Positions 46,709-59,749 of a DNA stretch of 64,000 nucleotides are shown piece after piece; position 1 is the stretch's first letter, and each line of letters opens with the position of its first letter. The translations under genes and the position numbers were made by a program. Location: the NCBI GenBank assembly GCA_965644265.1, contig OZ286476.1, positions 7,688,001 through 7,752,000 of the forward strand, read 5' to 3'. The notes beneath the pieces were generated by a model. That model searched no databases and was not told the DNA's origin. It worked only from the letters and a program-made list of their open reading frames with translations. The stretch comes from Glycera tridactyla. Taxonomy: Eukaryota.

Positions 46709-49700
46709 CTTAAACGAGGTGTGGTCCAGTCACTTTGACTGATACTCTGTTTTGACATCACGGTTTTCTCGAGATTGCATCGACAAATTGTGTTGTTAGG
46801 GCACACTTGCACTACTTATTAGGACGAATTCAGGGAGTAGGTGTACCCTTTTTTTACTTTGTGCTTCCAGGCATCCTTTATCCATGCATTCGGGCTTTCA
46901 TGACCTTGACCTGACCCTTCCTTACACTATCATTCTTTCTCAAGCACGATTTGTTATTCATGATGCATCCATTATTTCCAACCACTCATATTCTCACTCT
47001 TTTCATTCAAATTCTCTCCCTTTCACACATCTCATTCCACAATATCATTTATCGAAAATTGAGAAAAGATTCCAATCGAGTGTCCATACATTACTTCCCG
47101 AAAACAATAATCTGTATAAAAGAGTAATTCCATAGAACGAATAAGATACTTCAGTCCAAAATGACCCATGTGGTGTCGAGAGGACGTCAACCAATACTCA
47201 ATCAATCAATCATTCAAAAAACTGTTTGTGATGTCCTCCAAAGACGAGTCTGTGCACCATGTGCATGTCTTATCCATGATCTTGTCAGTCATTCTTTGTG
47301 TAATCCTGTTCGCCTATCTAATGTGTGGTTGGTTTCGATTGTCACTCACCTATCCGAACCTGAACTACCAGGAGAAGTATGCAGATGATCGCAGATGATC
47401 GTTTCGCCTGAAGGCTTACTATCTAATGGCAAGGATTCCCTATACCTGAAATAAGTCTGAATGCAACCTGAAGTTTCTCATTCATGCTGCAATTTATCAA
47501 CCGTATTGATCATAGCACATTTTCACACAATCTCAACATCCAGGTCTCGCAATTTTCCTTAAATGAGCCATTGCTTTCCATTCCACCATTACACCCTCCA
47601 CCGAGGAGGTTTCACACTCATTCGGCCAAGGAATTCCACTTCCTGCACCGAAGAAGTTTTCATATTGTATTCATCCCACCAAGGGATTTGTCTTAGTTAT
47701 TTGCTGAATGGACGAAAACAACTTAAAGATCAACACGTGAAAGTGAATTTATGTACCTCGGTACAAGGCAAAACGTCTCTTCCATTATGCATGATTCTCT
47801 GTGTGGCATGAGTTGAGTGACCTTCTTCAAATATATAGACGTTATTTCGGATGGAGAATTGAGTTTAAACACCATATAGATCATATCGGGCCTCAAGTGA
47901 ACCAACGAACATCGCTTTTTGCTTCGGATTAAACCTTATATAAGCCAAGATTTAGCCCTGTATCTAATCAAAACAATAATTCTCTCAGTATTCAATCAAG
48001 AATTACCTGACATCCGAGGAACTGCTATAAGAAAACAAACATCATCCTCTTAGTGTTCGGTGGCAGAATCACGTAGCAACCAAAATCAGGAGCCAGGGAA
48101 GCGGGACAAAATTCCATCAGATCGAGCAAAAATAATATGAAGGTCATGGACAGAAACATTTTCCATTGTTCCATGTCTATCTGACATTATTTGGACAATG
48201 AGTGCCGGAATAGTATTTTGTAACATCGACAAAGGATTCCCTGTTTGCAAAATGGTACATGTGATGTTACAATATGGTCCACATGATGTTGCGAGTTGGT
48301 TACAAAGTGGTACATGTGATATTGCATGCTATCCTTGTCCATGTAGGTGATTGGACTATATTGGCTTATTGATATACAACTCACATTAATATCTGATGTG
48401 ATCGCTAGCACGACCACAAACCCTCAAAAATGTTCATCTTCCGTAAATAATAATATTACTGACATTGTTCTCTCATGGGCGTCAGTTATCCTGCTATCAA
48501 CTCTTTCATTTATTTTCTCTCTAACAGGTTTAGTCTACGTGGATGAATATTGATCTTGATCGTCTGTATTTCCTCTATTAACCGTATTTTTCTTGTTATG
48601 GCTATGTTACTGTGTCCATGCTTTATTCACCCTCACACAGGAGATGATGCACTGTGACACCCCAGTGTGTTTTTTACGAACAAATAAAAAACTACGCTAT
48701 ATGGTGCATGACCTGCCCAAGTGTGCGGAGTACAGCTTATCGCCAGCACAAGTCCAGGTAGGGCCTCGTCCCAATATCGGAGGCCTGTATTCAGATATAG
48801 CACCTAAGCATCTGCTATCTTTGCATGTTGTCTCTCCACCTTTCCTGTGACATGACGCACATACGCTATACCTATTTCTACTGGTATCTTGCCTAGATGC
48901 TTCATCAAGCTCGAGGTAAAGCTTATCCCCTGTTCACAGCAGAGGTTCATGCACAAATCGTATGTACTTATGAAACCTTCATACATGCCTTCAGCCACTG
49001 AAATGGCGTCTACACTTTCGGGGAGCCGCCAGTAGATATGATGATAACTCACAAACCATCATTAGGATGTACTTGTTTGATAGGTTGGTGTCAGGGGTCC
49101 ATATATGTCGACCACCATGTTCGTCAGTGCTTCTCTCGGGGGATCCCTTGGGTTCAATGATGATTTCCACATCTTCCCCCCCTTTTTCCGGAGCTTGCAT
49201 TCCATACGAATTATGTTAATCATCTATTTTCAGGCCCATTCAATGGAATAAATACCATAGATTCATGTGTTCCAACATCCTGTGCATAGCAGGATGTGCC
49301 GCTAGCCGGCTTTCACGATAGCTGTAAAACAGCTCTTCTTCTATCGATAGAGAGCACTACCAGCCTTAGGTACAGCTCAGTCATGCTAGGCCTGCGGGAG
49401 CATTTCATCTTTGAGTGATATAGCATGCGATCCATGATAGCAAAATTTGGTGCTTTCAACACCATCTTCCATGCTTCCTGTTGATCCCTTGGAAGCACTT
49501 TATACTTAATATATGCTATCATGGGACTTATTCCGGATCAGCATTTTGCTCCTGTATCACTCTTCTCCTGCCCCATAGCACCACTTGATTTTTTGTCTCG
49601 GTTGGCACCTTTTCTTTTGTTTTGTCAAAGGACATCTGGTACTTTGTTTGATGGTCCGGGAACCCCACCTCGAAGTCAAAAACATTGCAGAATCGCTATC

Positions 49701-50846
49701 TACTTCTCTATCCACTTCCCATCATGTGTTTTTTTTTTGGATAGCATGGTCGTGAAGATTTTATTATCGGTATGGACTGTAAATGCGGATCCTTGTAGTC
49801 AGTATTCATACTCATCTACCGCAGTGACTATTCCCAAGCACTCTAGCTGACTGAATTCATACCAGCTCTGAAAGTTTTTGCTGCCATATGCAATCACAGC
49901 TTCACGACCCCACTTCGACACGCCAGGTCTTTCATGCTCTGGCATCTCCTGTGTCAGGCAATGGTCGATTCCTTTGTGGCTTGCATCCACATTCAGCTTG
50001 TAAGGCAAATCTGTCCATGGATATGTCAGAACCGGTGGCTCGACCATATTATCTTTGAGAGTATTATCATCTGCTTCAGGTTATCCGTCTTTCCAAGTTT
50101 TGGACTCTCCCTCGTCACATACACTGGTTCGTGTTCAACAAGGGCTTCTTGCAGTGGTAGCTGCTGCCTGTCTGGGAGTATTGAATCTTCAAAATCAAAA
50201 AAGTTCCGAAAGGTCATCCTTTCCTAGTGGCTTATTCCCTTTGCCACCATATGTACTACTGGGCTTCTTGATGACAAGTCTGCCTTCTCTGGTTTTCTGT
50301 CCCATAATGGTATTTCCGTGTGTCTGTTACGAATCCCGCCACCAGCCTTCCTCTTTCCAGTTTCATCTTGCATCTATTGGCATTCACCATCCTCACCACC
50401 ACTAATCAATTGATCACATAGCCGACTGTCTGGACTGTGAGCACACCTGCATCCCCCAAGCAGGGGTCATGTAAGGCATCATCCAGGTCGCATTCCCCAT
50501 TTTCAAGATCCGGGGCACTGGTCAGGATTGTCCCTGGCAACGACCAAACCCCGGTCTTCCAAAGCATCTTTCACCTCCAACGGTTGGCAATTTCTTGCTA
50601 TGTGCTTTTGTTGAAAATAGGATCTGGCTCCCCCACTGCGACACTGCCCGGATGTACACATATTTCCCACAATTGAAGCACTTCGGTCTCCTCTCCTTCC
50701 CCCTGGCTTACCGTCTAATGTGTTCTTGCTGTATTCTTGGTTTCTCTGGAGGTGGGTGAGATCCTTTTCAACTTGTTGTTGTCTCCCTTTGCCTTGTCTA
50801 CTGCATGGGTCCAGCCTGTGCCTCATGTGGCACCACCCTTCCCTGG

Positions 50847-51050
50847 AAACCCAGTGCATGCCGACTGGGATATCAAAGGCCGGCTGTGTTTATAGGGGTC
50901 TCTCCCTGTATGCACGTAAAAGAAGCACTGCTGTCTTTTGCAAAGAGTAGGGACGGCCCCTGACAGCGGTGCCTCTTTTCCTCCGCATTTTCAGTTTTTC
51001 AGTCCGATATAACCAATGGTGTTGATAGGACATCAAACCCGAACATACAA
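50847..51050 (+). mobile_element. I/Nimb-like LINE 3' UTR fragment (copy 2) with a 16-bp TSD
   Basis: Homologous to 36925-37140; flanked by CACCACCCTTCCCTGG (50831-50846) and CACAACCCTCCCCTGG (51051-51066) inside gag. Confidence 0.8.
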
Positions 51051-51606
51051 CACAACCCTCCCCTGGGCTGAACGGTTGTGATTGCACGGCCTGGGGTCTC
51101 CTTTCTTTTCTTTCTCTACCAGTGTCATTGACTGCGCAGTCATGGCCAAATCCAAAGTAACTTGTGAATGTTGTGGTCTACTGGCGATGACATATGTTTT
51201 CCAGTCCACTGGCAGTCCTGTCATGAAGCAATTCAGAACATCTCTCGGTGCCTGGTCCAGCCTTTCACCGAGGCAGATTATTTCTCCATAATATTTTATC
51301 TCCTGAGTTTCTTTGTTTGCTTTTGATTTTGATTTATAACTTTTATTTAATTTCGTTGTCAACATTTATACACATATACAACAGCGTACATTTTCAGAGC
51401 AACGATTATATGTGAGACACGTAAAATACGATCGGTATGAGGCGTGATGAGGTGACTGATTGATGAAGTGATATACGAGATGTATGATGGGCGATGCAAT
51501 GATGCAATGATAGAGTGGCATTATTCATCAGAATGATATTTACTTATAATTACATATTCAAGCTGGATAATATAGAAGGCTATCGAACAAGGAGTAACAC
51601 TTTTGC

Positions 51607-54600
51607 TTATAGTTTTTTCACATAATTTTTAAATGAAATAGGAGGCATGACATCAAAATCAGGTAATCGTGATAAGGAGTTATTCCAATTTTTGGCAGCG
51701 CGATGCCTGAAGTTTTTTTCGCTCAGTTTGTAATGAAGTTTATTGATTTTCAAAAAAGGTTTATCTTTAGAGCGAGTGGCATGTGTATGAATCTTAACTT
51801 CTGTCTCACAGATTGGCGCGCATGTCCAACTACCATTTAGTGTTTTGTTCACATGGATTAATTCATGTAGCGAGCGTCGAGTAGTGAGTGGCTTTAGGCC
51901 AAGATCATCATGGAGTTTGTCAATACTGTAGTATCTGGGTTTGATTGCAATTATACGCATAGAGATATTTTGTAATTTTTGTAGTGTGAAGGCATTTCGT
52001 TGTGATAAGCAATTATATACCACGTCTGCATAATCAAACAAAGGCAGGATCAGCGTTTTGTATAACATAAGTGAAGTTTGTTTACTAACAATAGATCTCA
52101 ACCTACCCAAAACGCCAATCCTGCACATTGTTTTTGCCTGTACATATGCAACATGATGTTTAAAAGTGAGTTCCGGATCTAGAATAACTCCCAGGTATTT
52201 CATTTTTGGAACTGTTTCCAGAATATAATCAGCTGTCTTTATTGAGATTTCCTTAAAAGGTCCTAAGATAGATGGAAGGCCCTGAGCCATGAATTTGGTT
52301 TTGGACAAATTAAGAGACAGTCTGTTTGCATTCATCCAATCCGCTATCTTTACCATGATGTAATCCATGATTTCCTTCATTGTGTCATGCCTCCTACATG
52401 TAACACTGAGTGCAGTGTCATCTGCGTACAGCATTGTCCTCATCGATAAATAACATTCGGGCTCATTTATCATAATATGAGATGTGGCGTTCCTCAAGTA
52501 ATTTGGGAGGTCATTAATGTATAAACTAAACAACAACGGCCCTAATATCGAGCCTTGAGGAACGCCACATGAGATAGGCTGTTTCGCAGAAGTATGATTT
52601 CCAACTCTGGTCTCACAAGTCCTGCATCTAAGGTAACTGGATAGCCATTTTGTAGAGGATTTATTTAAACCCATAGCAGATAGCTTGCGTAAGAGGAGCG
52701 CATGGTCCACCGTGTCGAAAGCCTTCTTTAGGTCCAGGAAGATTGTTCCAGTGACACCCCCCCGCTCAATACCCTGATAAACATTATCAAGGTATTCAAG
52801 CAGGCAGGTGCCAGTCGAATGCCCCTTCCTGAACCCTGACTGCTCCCGACACAGTAGTCCCATGCGCTCCACATAGTCATAAAGTTGCTGTTGGACAATT
52901 CTTTCCAAAATTTTACTAACAGGCGAGAGCAAGCTTATCGGTCTGTAGTTACTTGGTTGTGGTCCTTCTCTTTATACAAAGGAATAATCGTAGCTGTTTT
53001 CCAGGTGCTCGGGAAGTGACCAAGAGTTATACTTTTGTTAAAGATCTCCTGTAGCACCAGAGATAGAGGATTCATGCAATTTATAATGACTCTAGTTGGT
53101 AAACCATCGTCCCTGCCAGCCTTAGATGGATTGATTTCTCGAATGATCTCCTTTACTTTTTCAACACTCACTGGTCGAAGTTCGAAGGTATCAATCAGGT
53201 TATATGGTAGGCAAATCAAAGGGTCAAGGCCACTGGGTGGAATGTTTTGAGAGAGGCTGTCACCAACTGTTGAGAAATACTTGTTTAGTAGTTCCGGGAT
53301 TTCTTCTGGATCAGTGTTGTTCATAATTTTGGTAATAGGAGTGCCACCCTTACCGTCCTTCCAAAAATTACGTATCGCCTTCCACATTTTTTTACTGTCG
53401 TTTTGATGTTGTGAGAGTTCATTGTCTAGCAATGTTTTCTGTAAATGCCTTTTCAAAATTTTTGTTTCTTTCATTAGACGGGTCTTTATATCTAAATTTT
53501 CTGGGGATGGTGATATTCTATAATTATTACTCGCAGTTTCACGGTCTCTCACCAAGTCCAAGTATTCTCCCGTAACCCAGTCGGGACAGCCTTCTCGTAC
53601 AGTATAGCGCTTGGTGGGAATACATTCATCAATGGCCTTGACAATTTTTGTAAGAATGGAGTTAACTTTGCTCTCAAACTCTGGTATAGTACATACATCT
53701 GAGTCCATGGATAGTTGCAACGAGACAAGCTTGTCCGAAAGTGCATCATAGTTTGCATTTTTAAAATTTCGTAGGTAAATTACCTTCTTTTTCTTAGATG
53801 CCCTTTTCTTTTTACGTGATGTGAAGACCAATGCATGATCCGACAAGCCAGGGTCGATGCAGCCACCAAAACGATATAGCGTAGGATTTGATACAATGAT
53901 GTGATCGATACAAGTGGCTGTGGAGTCTGTGACTCTTGTAGGATCCTTAACTAGTTGTTCTAACTGGTTTGTATTACAAAACTCCTCCAAAAGTTTTCGA
54001 TTCCTAGAGGTTTTTAGCAAGTCAATATTATCATCTCCTAAGATGATGGCATCACAGGTCCCTAATTGATATATGTCAAGTAATTTGTTATCCAAAATAT
54101 CAAGGGCATTGCATGGGTTTCCCTGGGGAGGTCTGTATATAGCTGCAAGATAAGTAGGCTTAGTACAAGGTAGCGACAGTCTAACCCAGAGACATTCTAG
54201 GTCTGCATTGCAAATACACCATTCACTTTGCAATTCAACTATCCTATTTTCCTTATAGTAGATTGCTAGGCCTCCTCCACCTTTCAACCCAACTCCGCCG
54301 TCTCTATCGAATCGGATCAAATTATAACCGTTGATGTGTAACTCATCCGAGTTTATCGATGAGTTAAGAAAGGTTTCGCCCAAGCATAGAATATCTAACT
54401 CACTGTTATGGAGAAGTATTTCTATGTCATTGACTTTCCTCACTAGACTGCGGATGTTTAGATATGCTATTGTCACTCCACTCAGGCGTTTCAAATCAGC
54501 TGTACATTTTATTTCATTTGAATTATCGGCGGTGATGCTTCTTGCTTTCGTTTTGATATTGGCGGAGTTGGTTTGATAAGTTTGAGGGTTCATAGTTCTC

Positions 54601-54662
54601 CAGCCAGGAATGGGTTGAGCCTCTCTAGATGATGATGAGATGAAGGATGAAGATGAGAACAT
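51607..54662 (-). pseudogene. LINE ORF2p (APE plus RT) with one frameshift near 52940
   Basis: YLNIRSL, LGETFL, IYRPPQG, GDDNID, IDHIIV, SDH; YRPISLL broken by the frameshift; QSGFR, FLDLKKAFDTVDH, GVPQGSILGPLLF, YADDT, KYLG. Confidence 0.93.
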
Positions 54663-55396
54663 TATGTTGCTAGCTTGGTTAGCTTGTCTTGGGGACGGGT
54701 GTTGTTAGTACAATATACACTTAGAGTAGATCAGGAAATTCGCCTTATCAGTCGCAAGGGGGAGTTGATTAGAATTGGAGCAGGGTGGAGAAGGAAATCA
54801 GCAGGATGATGTCGTAGTTATATAAAATTCTATATGTGGGATAACTAAGTAGATCTACCAGTCAGGACTATTAATATCTGTCAATACTGTGATAGATAGT
54901 TAATAGTAATTATCAGCATTTGTCGGCGTTTGACCTTCAGGCGCACTGCGTGTACCTTCCAGGTCAAACGTAGTTTCTATCAGTTAACAGTCCCCATATA
55001 TTAAATTATTAGGTGCCCCCCCCAATGGTAGGGAGGTGATGTCTTTGGGTACATGGTAGTGTCAAGTTTGTCTGGTCTCCACATATAAATCAAGGTTCAG
55101 TAAAAGACAGGCACGTAACATGTGAATACGTAACAGGCATAGATGATCAACCATAATGAATTCGATTAGAGACCTAATCCGGAATACGGTATTCAAATCC
55201 AGGCATATATGATGCTTTTTCTTTGCTTGATAAACGGATTATTCACTGAATTTGACATTACACAATATGATATAATATATATAATATAGACCCAGGTCCC
55301 GCGAGTAAATCAAGTAAAAGAAAGCCTAATTTGGGATGTCCAGAAGACTCAGGCGCTCATCGAGTACCTTCCGTCTTCCCAAGAATGTCATCTTCA

Positions 55397-56353
55397 TTAA
55401 TTTGTTTGACTTTCAATGCATTCTGATTTCCTTTTTCCAGCTCTGCGCTTAGCTCCGCGGGATCTGGGTCTAATAATCGCAATGGCATGTGTTCTTACCC
55501 ACAATTCGATCAGAAGAGCTACTGTACAAATTGCGAGAACATGATAACCCCTCTCATTGAGATGTGTCATATCATGGTCCAGTAGCCCTTGCATTATATC
55601 GCCAAACGCCATGGAGAACTTTCTGATCCTAGTAGGGCCAGCAAACCCCTTATGGGACAGTTCACATTTATGCGATATATCAAAAATAAGATGGGGCTTG
55701 ATTAACTCGATTGTAGTGGTATCAGATTCGTTGCAAACATTGCTGATGAAGAGATCTATGGCGACTGCAACTTGCAGAGACTCGTTAGACCAATATGGTC
55801 TCCACAGAACCCGGAGATGGCATAAGACTGCATCAGGAAAAAGGCCCCTCAACATCCAAATAGTGTCGCGAATCTTGGGGTAGAGAGTGCGTAGGAAGTC
55901 AGTCTGGAGGGACAACAGGCATTGTTTCCTTACTCGAGGATCGCGATGATTGACATAAAAAGTTTTCCGATCGAACGAATCCACGTCATTTGATCCTAGA
56001 ATAATTATCACGAAATTAGGAGCAATATTCGAATTTTGGATTTTAGTCAGTGTGTTTCCATTTCTCAATTCCCTGACCTTGTTTAGAAATCTGCCTTGAA
56101 ATTCTGATTCGAACGATAGCCATTTCGCTCCTCCAATTCCATGGAAGTGCCAATTGGATACTACAGACCTAATTGACTCGTCTTCGATTGACATTGCATA
56201 CTCCCCGAATCTTCTTACGTGACTAGAGCCAATCACTAACACACACGGCTCTCCGGCAGAAACCAGATCCCATCTCCAGCGACTGACTGGCCCAAGATTC
56301 GGGTCTATAGTTAGCCTTTTAGAGGAGTTTTCATCGTTTTCCATATCTGTCAT
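55397..56353 (-). CDS. Stand-alone SGNH/GDSL hydrolase ORF, intact (318 aa)
   Basis: LVIGSSH, GIGG, ILGSND, DMTHLN; basic tail RRAGKRK; clearly homologous to 28388-29401 (DESI, GG.K, QGR, LGSND, LL..D..HLN..G). Confidence 0.88.
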   Translation of the reverse strand: MTDMENDENSSKRLTIDPNLGPVSRWRWDLVSAGEPCVLVIGSSHVRRFGEYAMSIEDESIRSVVSNWHFHGIGGAKWLSFESEFQGRFLNKVRELRNGNTLTKIQNSNIAPNFVIIILGSNDVDSFDRKTFYVNHRDPRVRKQCLLSLQTDFLRTLYPKIRDTIWMLRGLFPDAVLCHLRVLWRPYWSNESLQVAVAIDLFISNVCNESDTTTIELIKPHLIFDISHKCELSHKGFAGPTRIRKFSMAFGDIMQGLLDHDMTHLNERGYHVLAICTVALLIELWVRTHAIAIIRPRSRGAKRRAGKRKSECIESQTN

Positions 56354-56705
56354 CTACAACAAAATATCAATGCAGTGATTGTAAGGGAAAGTAACGTCAA
56401 TGTGTGGCAGGGTTTCGCCGTAACAAAATCAACCTATTGGTAAGCCGCATCGTGGTTATGCTTGACTAAATTCGCCTGCGCTTGCCGTTACGGGTGGGCG
56501 ACCCGTGCTATCGGTGGGTTGTCACACGTCAACCTCGTATGTTGTTTGCAATTAATGTAGTGAGGTGATAGGGGTTGGTAGTATGGTTTCCAAAAATAAT
56601 CTAAACTAAATAAGTATTTCAGTATACTGACCAGGAGCGATCTGCTGTTGGTGCGCATGAAGGAATTCACTTTGTCAATGCTTTCTTGTAGAAACATTTC
56701 TGTTC

Positions 56706-59171
56706 TCAGGTAAGCGCGAGTGTGCTGTATGGATTTGAACTCAGTACTGACTCGTGTTCTGTCGGAGAAGTATCGAACTTAGACGTTTTCTTGGGGAAGA
56801 GAAAGTTGCCCTCTGGTGTTTCATGTTCGGGAATAGGGTTTCCTCCACCGCCAGACGATAGTTCGCATTGCTTTCTTCGCGCCGCTTCGTTTCGTGCTTT
56901 CACGATCCATGCTTCCATGATAGTACTCGCTTTCACATCTGTTGCAACTTTACTCGATTTATTTCGGAATTTCTTGTTGCTTCTAGATTTGTTTTTGACA
57001 CCATCATGTACCCTAGAACCCTCCTGTCGCACCATGCCACCTCCCGAAACTGAAGGTACCACTTTGGAATTTTTGCCTATATCATCAAGAATGCTGTCAG
57101 ATAATTTGTCTGTTGAGACCCTGTGACTGGTTGCGTCGAGAGAGTCCACGTCTCGTGTCTTACAGATTTCGTTTAATCTATTTAGTGAGAAAATCGGTAG
57201 TTTCTCTCGAGACCTGTCTTTGGAGGCGTAGACTCTCCCGTCACGTGTCCAGACACTATCCAGTTGCCCATCTGTTTTGGCTTCCCGGGCTTTGTGGAGA
57301 ATCTGTGACTCTCTGTCAGTTAGATATTCACGGAAGAAAATGCTAGAATTCCGGATATTACCCTTCTTGATGAGAATGTCCTTCCTGATGTTTGGGTTGA
57401 CAAAACGGATTTTGACAGGACGTGGTTTGTCTTTGTCTCTGATCGGACCAAATCTTGCTATTTGACATATATCATTTTTGTTCAGACCAAGACCAGTGCG
57501 TTCATTTATTAATGCAAGCGCTTGATCAATCAGGATGATATCTTTGCGAAATGGTAGCCCGTCTATGACAATGATACTCAACCTATCATTTTTATGCAGA
57601 ACATCAATATCGCTATCGTGTGATGTTACCTTGATAGCGCATGCACTAACAGTAGTTTTCATTTCATTGAATTCCTCAACAAATCCAGGAGGTAGGCTAC
57701 ATTCACGTCTTGACTTTAGCTCGGATTTGATCTCACCCATTAGATTATTCAGATTCTTGTCCGATTGTCTTAGGAGGTCATCATGACTTTCAACTTTGAC
57801 GGTGAGGTCCGCGACACATTTCATCATATAGTCACTGGAATCTTTTTCTTCTTTTTTTGAAGCTTCAATTGTGTCGTCTACGTAGGATTCCATGGTTTCC
57901 TGCCATTCGAGGTTGAAGGCAGTGAGCTTGTCTTCCAGCATAGATGGTAGATTGTTCTCCATACGTGCATCGCACGTGGTGATAACGGCTTCGCCTAGGT
58001 TCCGTTCCATGTTGTCTAGCTGTGTTTCGATCTCATTTTGTGAAGTGATCACGGATGTATTGATCATTTGTGGCACATGTTCGTCTACATATGATTGGCA
58101 AACCTGTTTTGCCAGTTCGACAATCATGTCATTATTAGCCTGATAGGGTGGGGTAACTGTTTCTAGATTTTCTGCCACTAATTTACCTACGGAATTTTTA
58201 AGATCATCAGAGGTGAATAGTTCTTCAATCCGTTGCTTGACCACATATTCAATATCACTGTTTTTTATTATGTCGGTGTTCGTAGCTTGGTCTACTTTGG
58301 TTGACAACCATCGTTTTCCTTTCGCACTTATTGCCGTGTCGTCATTGTCCACATGATCAAAGGTGTCATGTTCTTTAGTGAGGTCACCGGGCACGTGCGT
58401 GTGTTTGTCATGTTGTTGCTCGAAGTTTCTAGGGGAGATGCATGCAGGTTTACTCATGTCGGGGTCAATAGCTTGTGACTGACGTTTTGACTCTTCTACC
58501 TGTGTTGACGTGTGCAGCGGAGCGTCATTGACATGTCTGTCCAAAGTCATGTCTATAACAGTTGGGGGAGTTTCACTATGAAGAGTGATGAATGAGTCAG
58601 ACAGTGAGTTATCAAAAGCAAGCAATCCCTCAGATAAGTTTTCATCTATATTTTCGTGAAAGGGAGACTTGTTGTGTGTGACAGAGCAATCATACACAGG
58701 TGGGATATCCATTGGCTTGACACTAAAGCGCTTTGCGTCAGTGCGATCGTCGACGTGATTCCCGAACTCCGTATCAGGACCACCCCCTTTCTTAAGCGTA
58801 TTGCATATAGCCGATGAGGAATGATCTAGCATATGTCTGTCTGTAGATTCATGAGATTGCGAGATGCTAGAGGAATCAATGTCATTGTCAATCACTACAC
58901 TGTCAAGGGTATCTGACAGTGACATTGTGCTCGTATGGGCGTTATCAAGAGGTGGTACAGAGTTAGCGCGTTTACTCACCAAGCTCTGTTCAGTTTGTGA
59001 ATGGCGACATTTTGGGGTCAATGAACGAAACCTTTGGTCCACCATCTTGGATCCTGCTATCCTAGATTTCGCTCTTGTTCTTCTTTCGAAAATACCCTCA
59101 CATGAGTCATCCTCTTTCGTCGCCGTCTTGCTCATCGTGTCCTTGGAATCTTCATCCATTGTTTCGCTCAA
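56706..59171 (-). CDS. LINE ORF1p (long disordered N-terminus, coiled coil, L1-like RRM/CTD)
   Basis: RLSIIVIDGLP, RFG..KPRPVKIRF, IFFREYLT, AREAK, VWTRDGRVY. Confidence 0.85.
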   Translation of the reverse strand: MSETMDEDSKDTMSKTATKEDDSCEGIFERRTRAKSRIAGSKMVDQRFRSLTPKCRHSQTEQSLVSKRANSVPPLDNAHTSTMSLSDTLDSVVIDNDIDSSSISQSHESTDRHMLDHSSSAICNTLKKGGGPDTEFGNHVDDRTDAKRFSVKPMDIPPVYDCSVTHNKSPFHENIDENLSEGLLAFDNSLSDSFITLHSETPPTVIDMTLDRHVNDAPLHTSTQVEESKRQSQAIDPDMSKPACISPRNFEQQHDKHTHVPGDLTKEHDTFDHVDNDDTAISAKGKRWLSTKVDQATNTDIIKNSDIEYVVKQRIEELFTSDDLKNSVGKLVAENLETVTPPYQANNDMIVELAKQVCQSYVDEHVPQMINTSVITSQNEIETQLDNMERNLGEAVITTCDARMENNLPSMLEDKLTAFNLEWQETMESYVDDTIEASKKEEKDSSDYMMKCVADLTVKVESHDDLLRQSDKNLNNLMGEIKSELKSRRECSLPPGFVEEFNEMKTTVSACAIKVTSHDSDIDVLHKNDRLSIIVIDGLPFRKDIILIDQALALINERTGLGLNKNDICQIARFGPIRDKDKPRPVKIRFVNPNIRKDILIKKGNIRNSSIFFREYLTDRESQILHKAREAKTDGQLDSVWTRDGRVYASKDRSREKLPIFSLNRLNEICKTRDVDSLDATSHRVSTDKLSDSILDDIGKNSKVVPSVSGGGMVRQEGSRVHDGVKNKSRSNKKFRNKSSKVATDVKASTIMEAWIVKARNEAARRKQCELSSGGGGNPIPEHETPEGNFLFPKKTSKFDTSPTEHESVLSSNPYSTLALT

Positions 59172-59749
59172 CTACGATCACGACCCACTTGGTTTTCTTG
59201 TCATATATGATGATTTCCTTCTCCTAGTTCACCGGTTGCTTCTTACTCCCCACGCATGCGCCTTGCAGCCGTTCCTCTCCTGCATAATTTATCTCCACTC
59301 TTGTGGATTGATATTTGTCTTTCATTAGGGCTATTAGGATAGCACAGATCTTTGTCTGTAACCTTCTTTCCCAAATAATATTGGGCCAGGCCAGCCAAAC
59401 CCATGCTCAGGGCTGCCTTCTTCTTCATGGAATGTTTTCTCTTCATCCTCTGTTTCATCCCAGTTTGGTATTATGCAGTAGTGTTCAAATCGCTCCAAAA
59501 ACACGATGACAGATTCATTCGACCATAAAAAACTGGAGCAACTTCATGCCCCCCTTTCCGGTTGCCATCTTCTCTACCGATCCTTCTGCCTCGATAAGGT
59601 CCTCCTCTCTGCCTATACCATCCACTGCAAGCAGGGTCTCATCAGCTGCTTCAATACCTTCCACCAAAGAAAGAAAATCGAACTTTTTTGAATACATGAG
59701 ATGTCGCCCTAAAGCTGACAAATACCTGCATCTGGATAACTGGCATGAC

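Larger units (their letters stand above)
51321..59262 (-). mobile_element. CR1/L2-group non-LTR retrotransposon, three-ORF type (LINE-B), ~7.9 kb, apparently full length
   Basis: Gag of copy 2 is continuous across it, with TTGC duplicated (51317-51320 and 59263-59266); 3' end AATAAAAGTTAT plus (TCAAAA)n; 5' end GGCGCATGCG. Confidence 0.92.
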
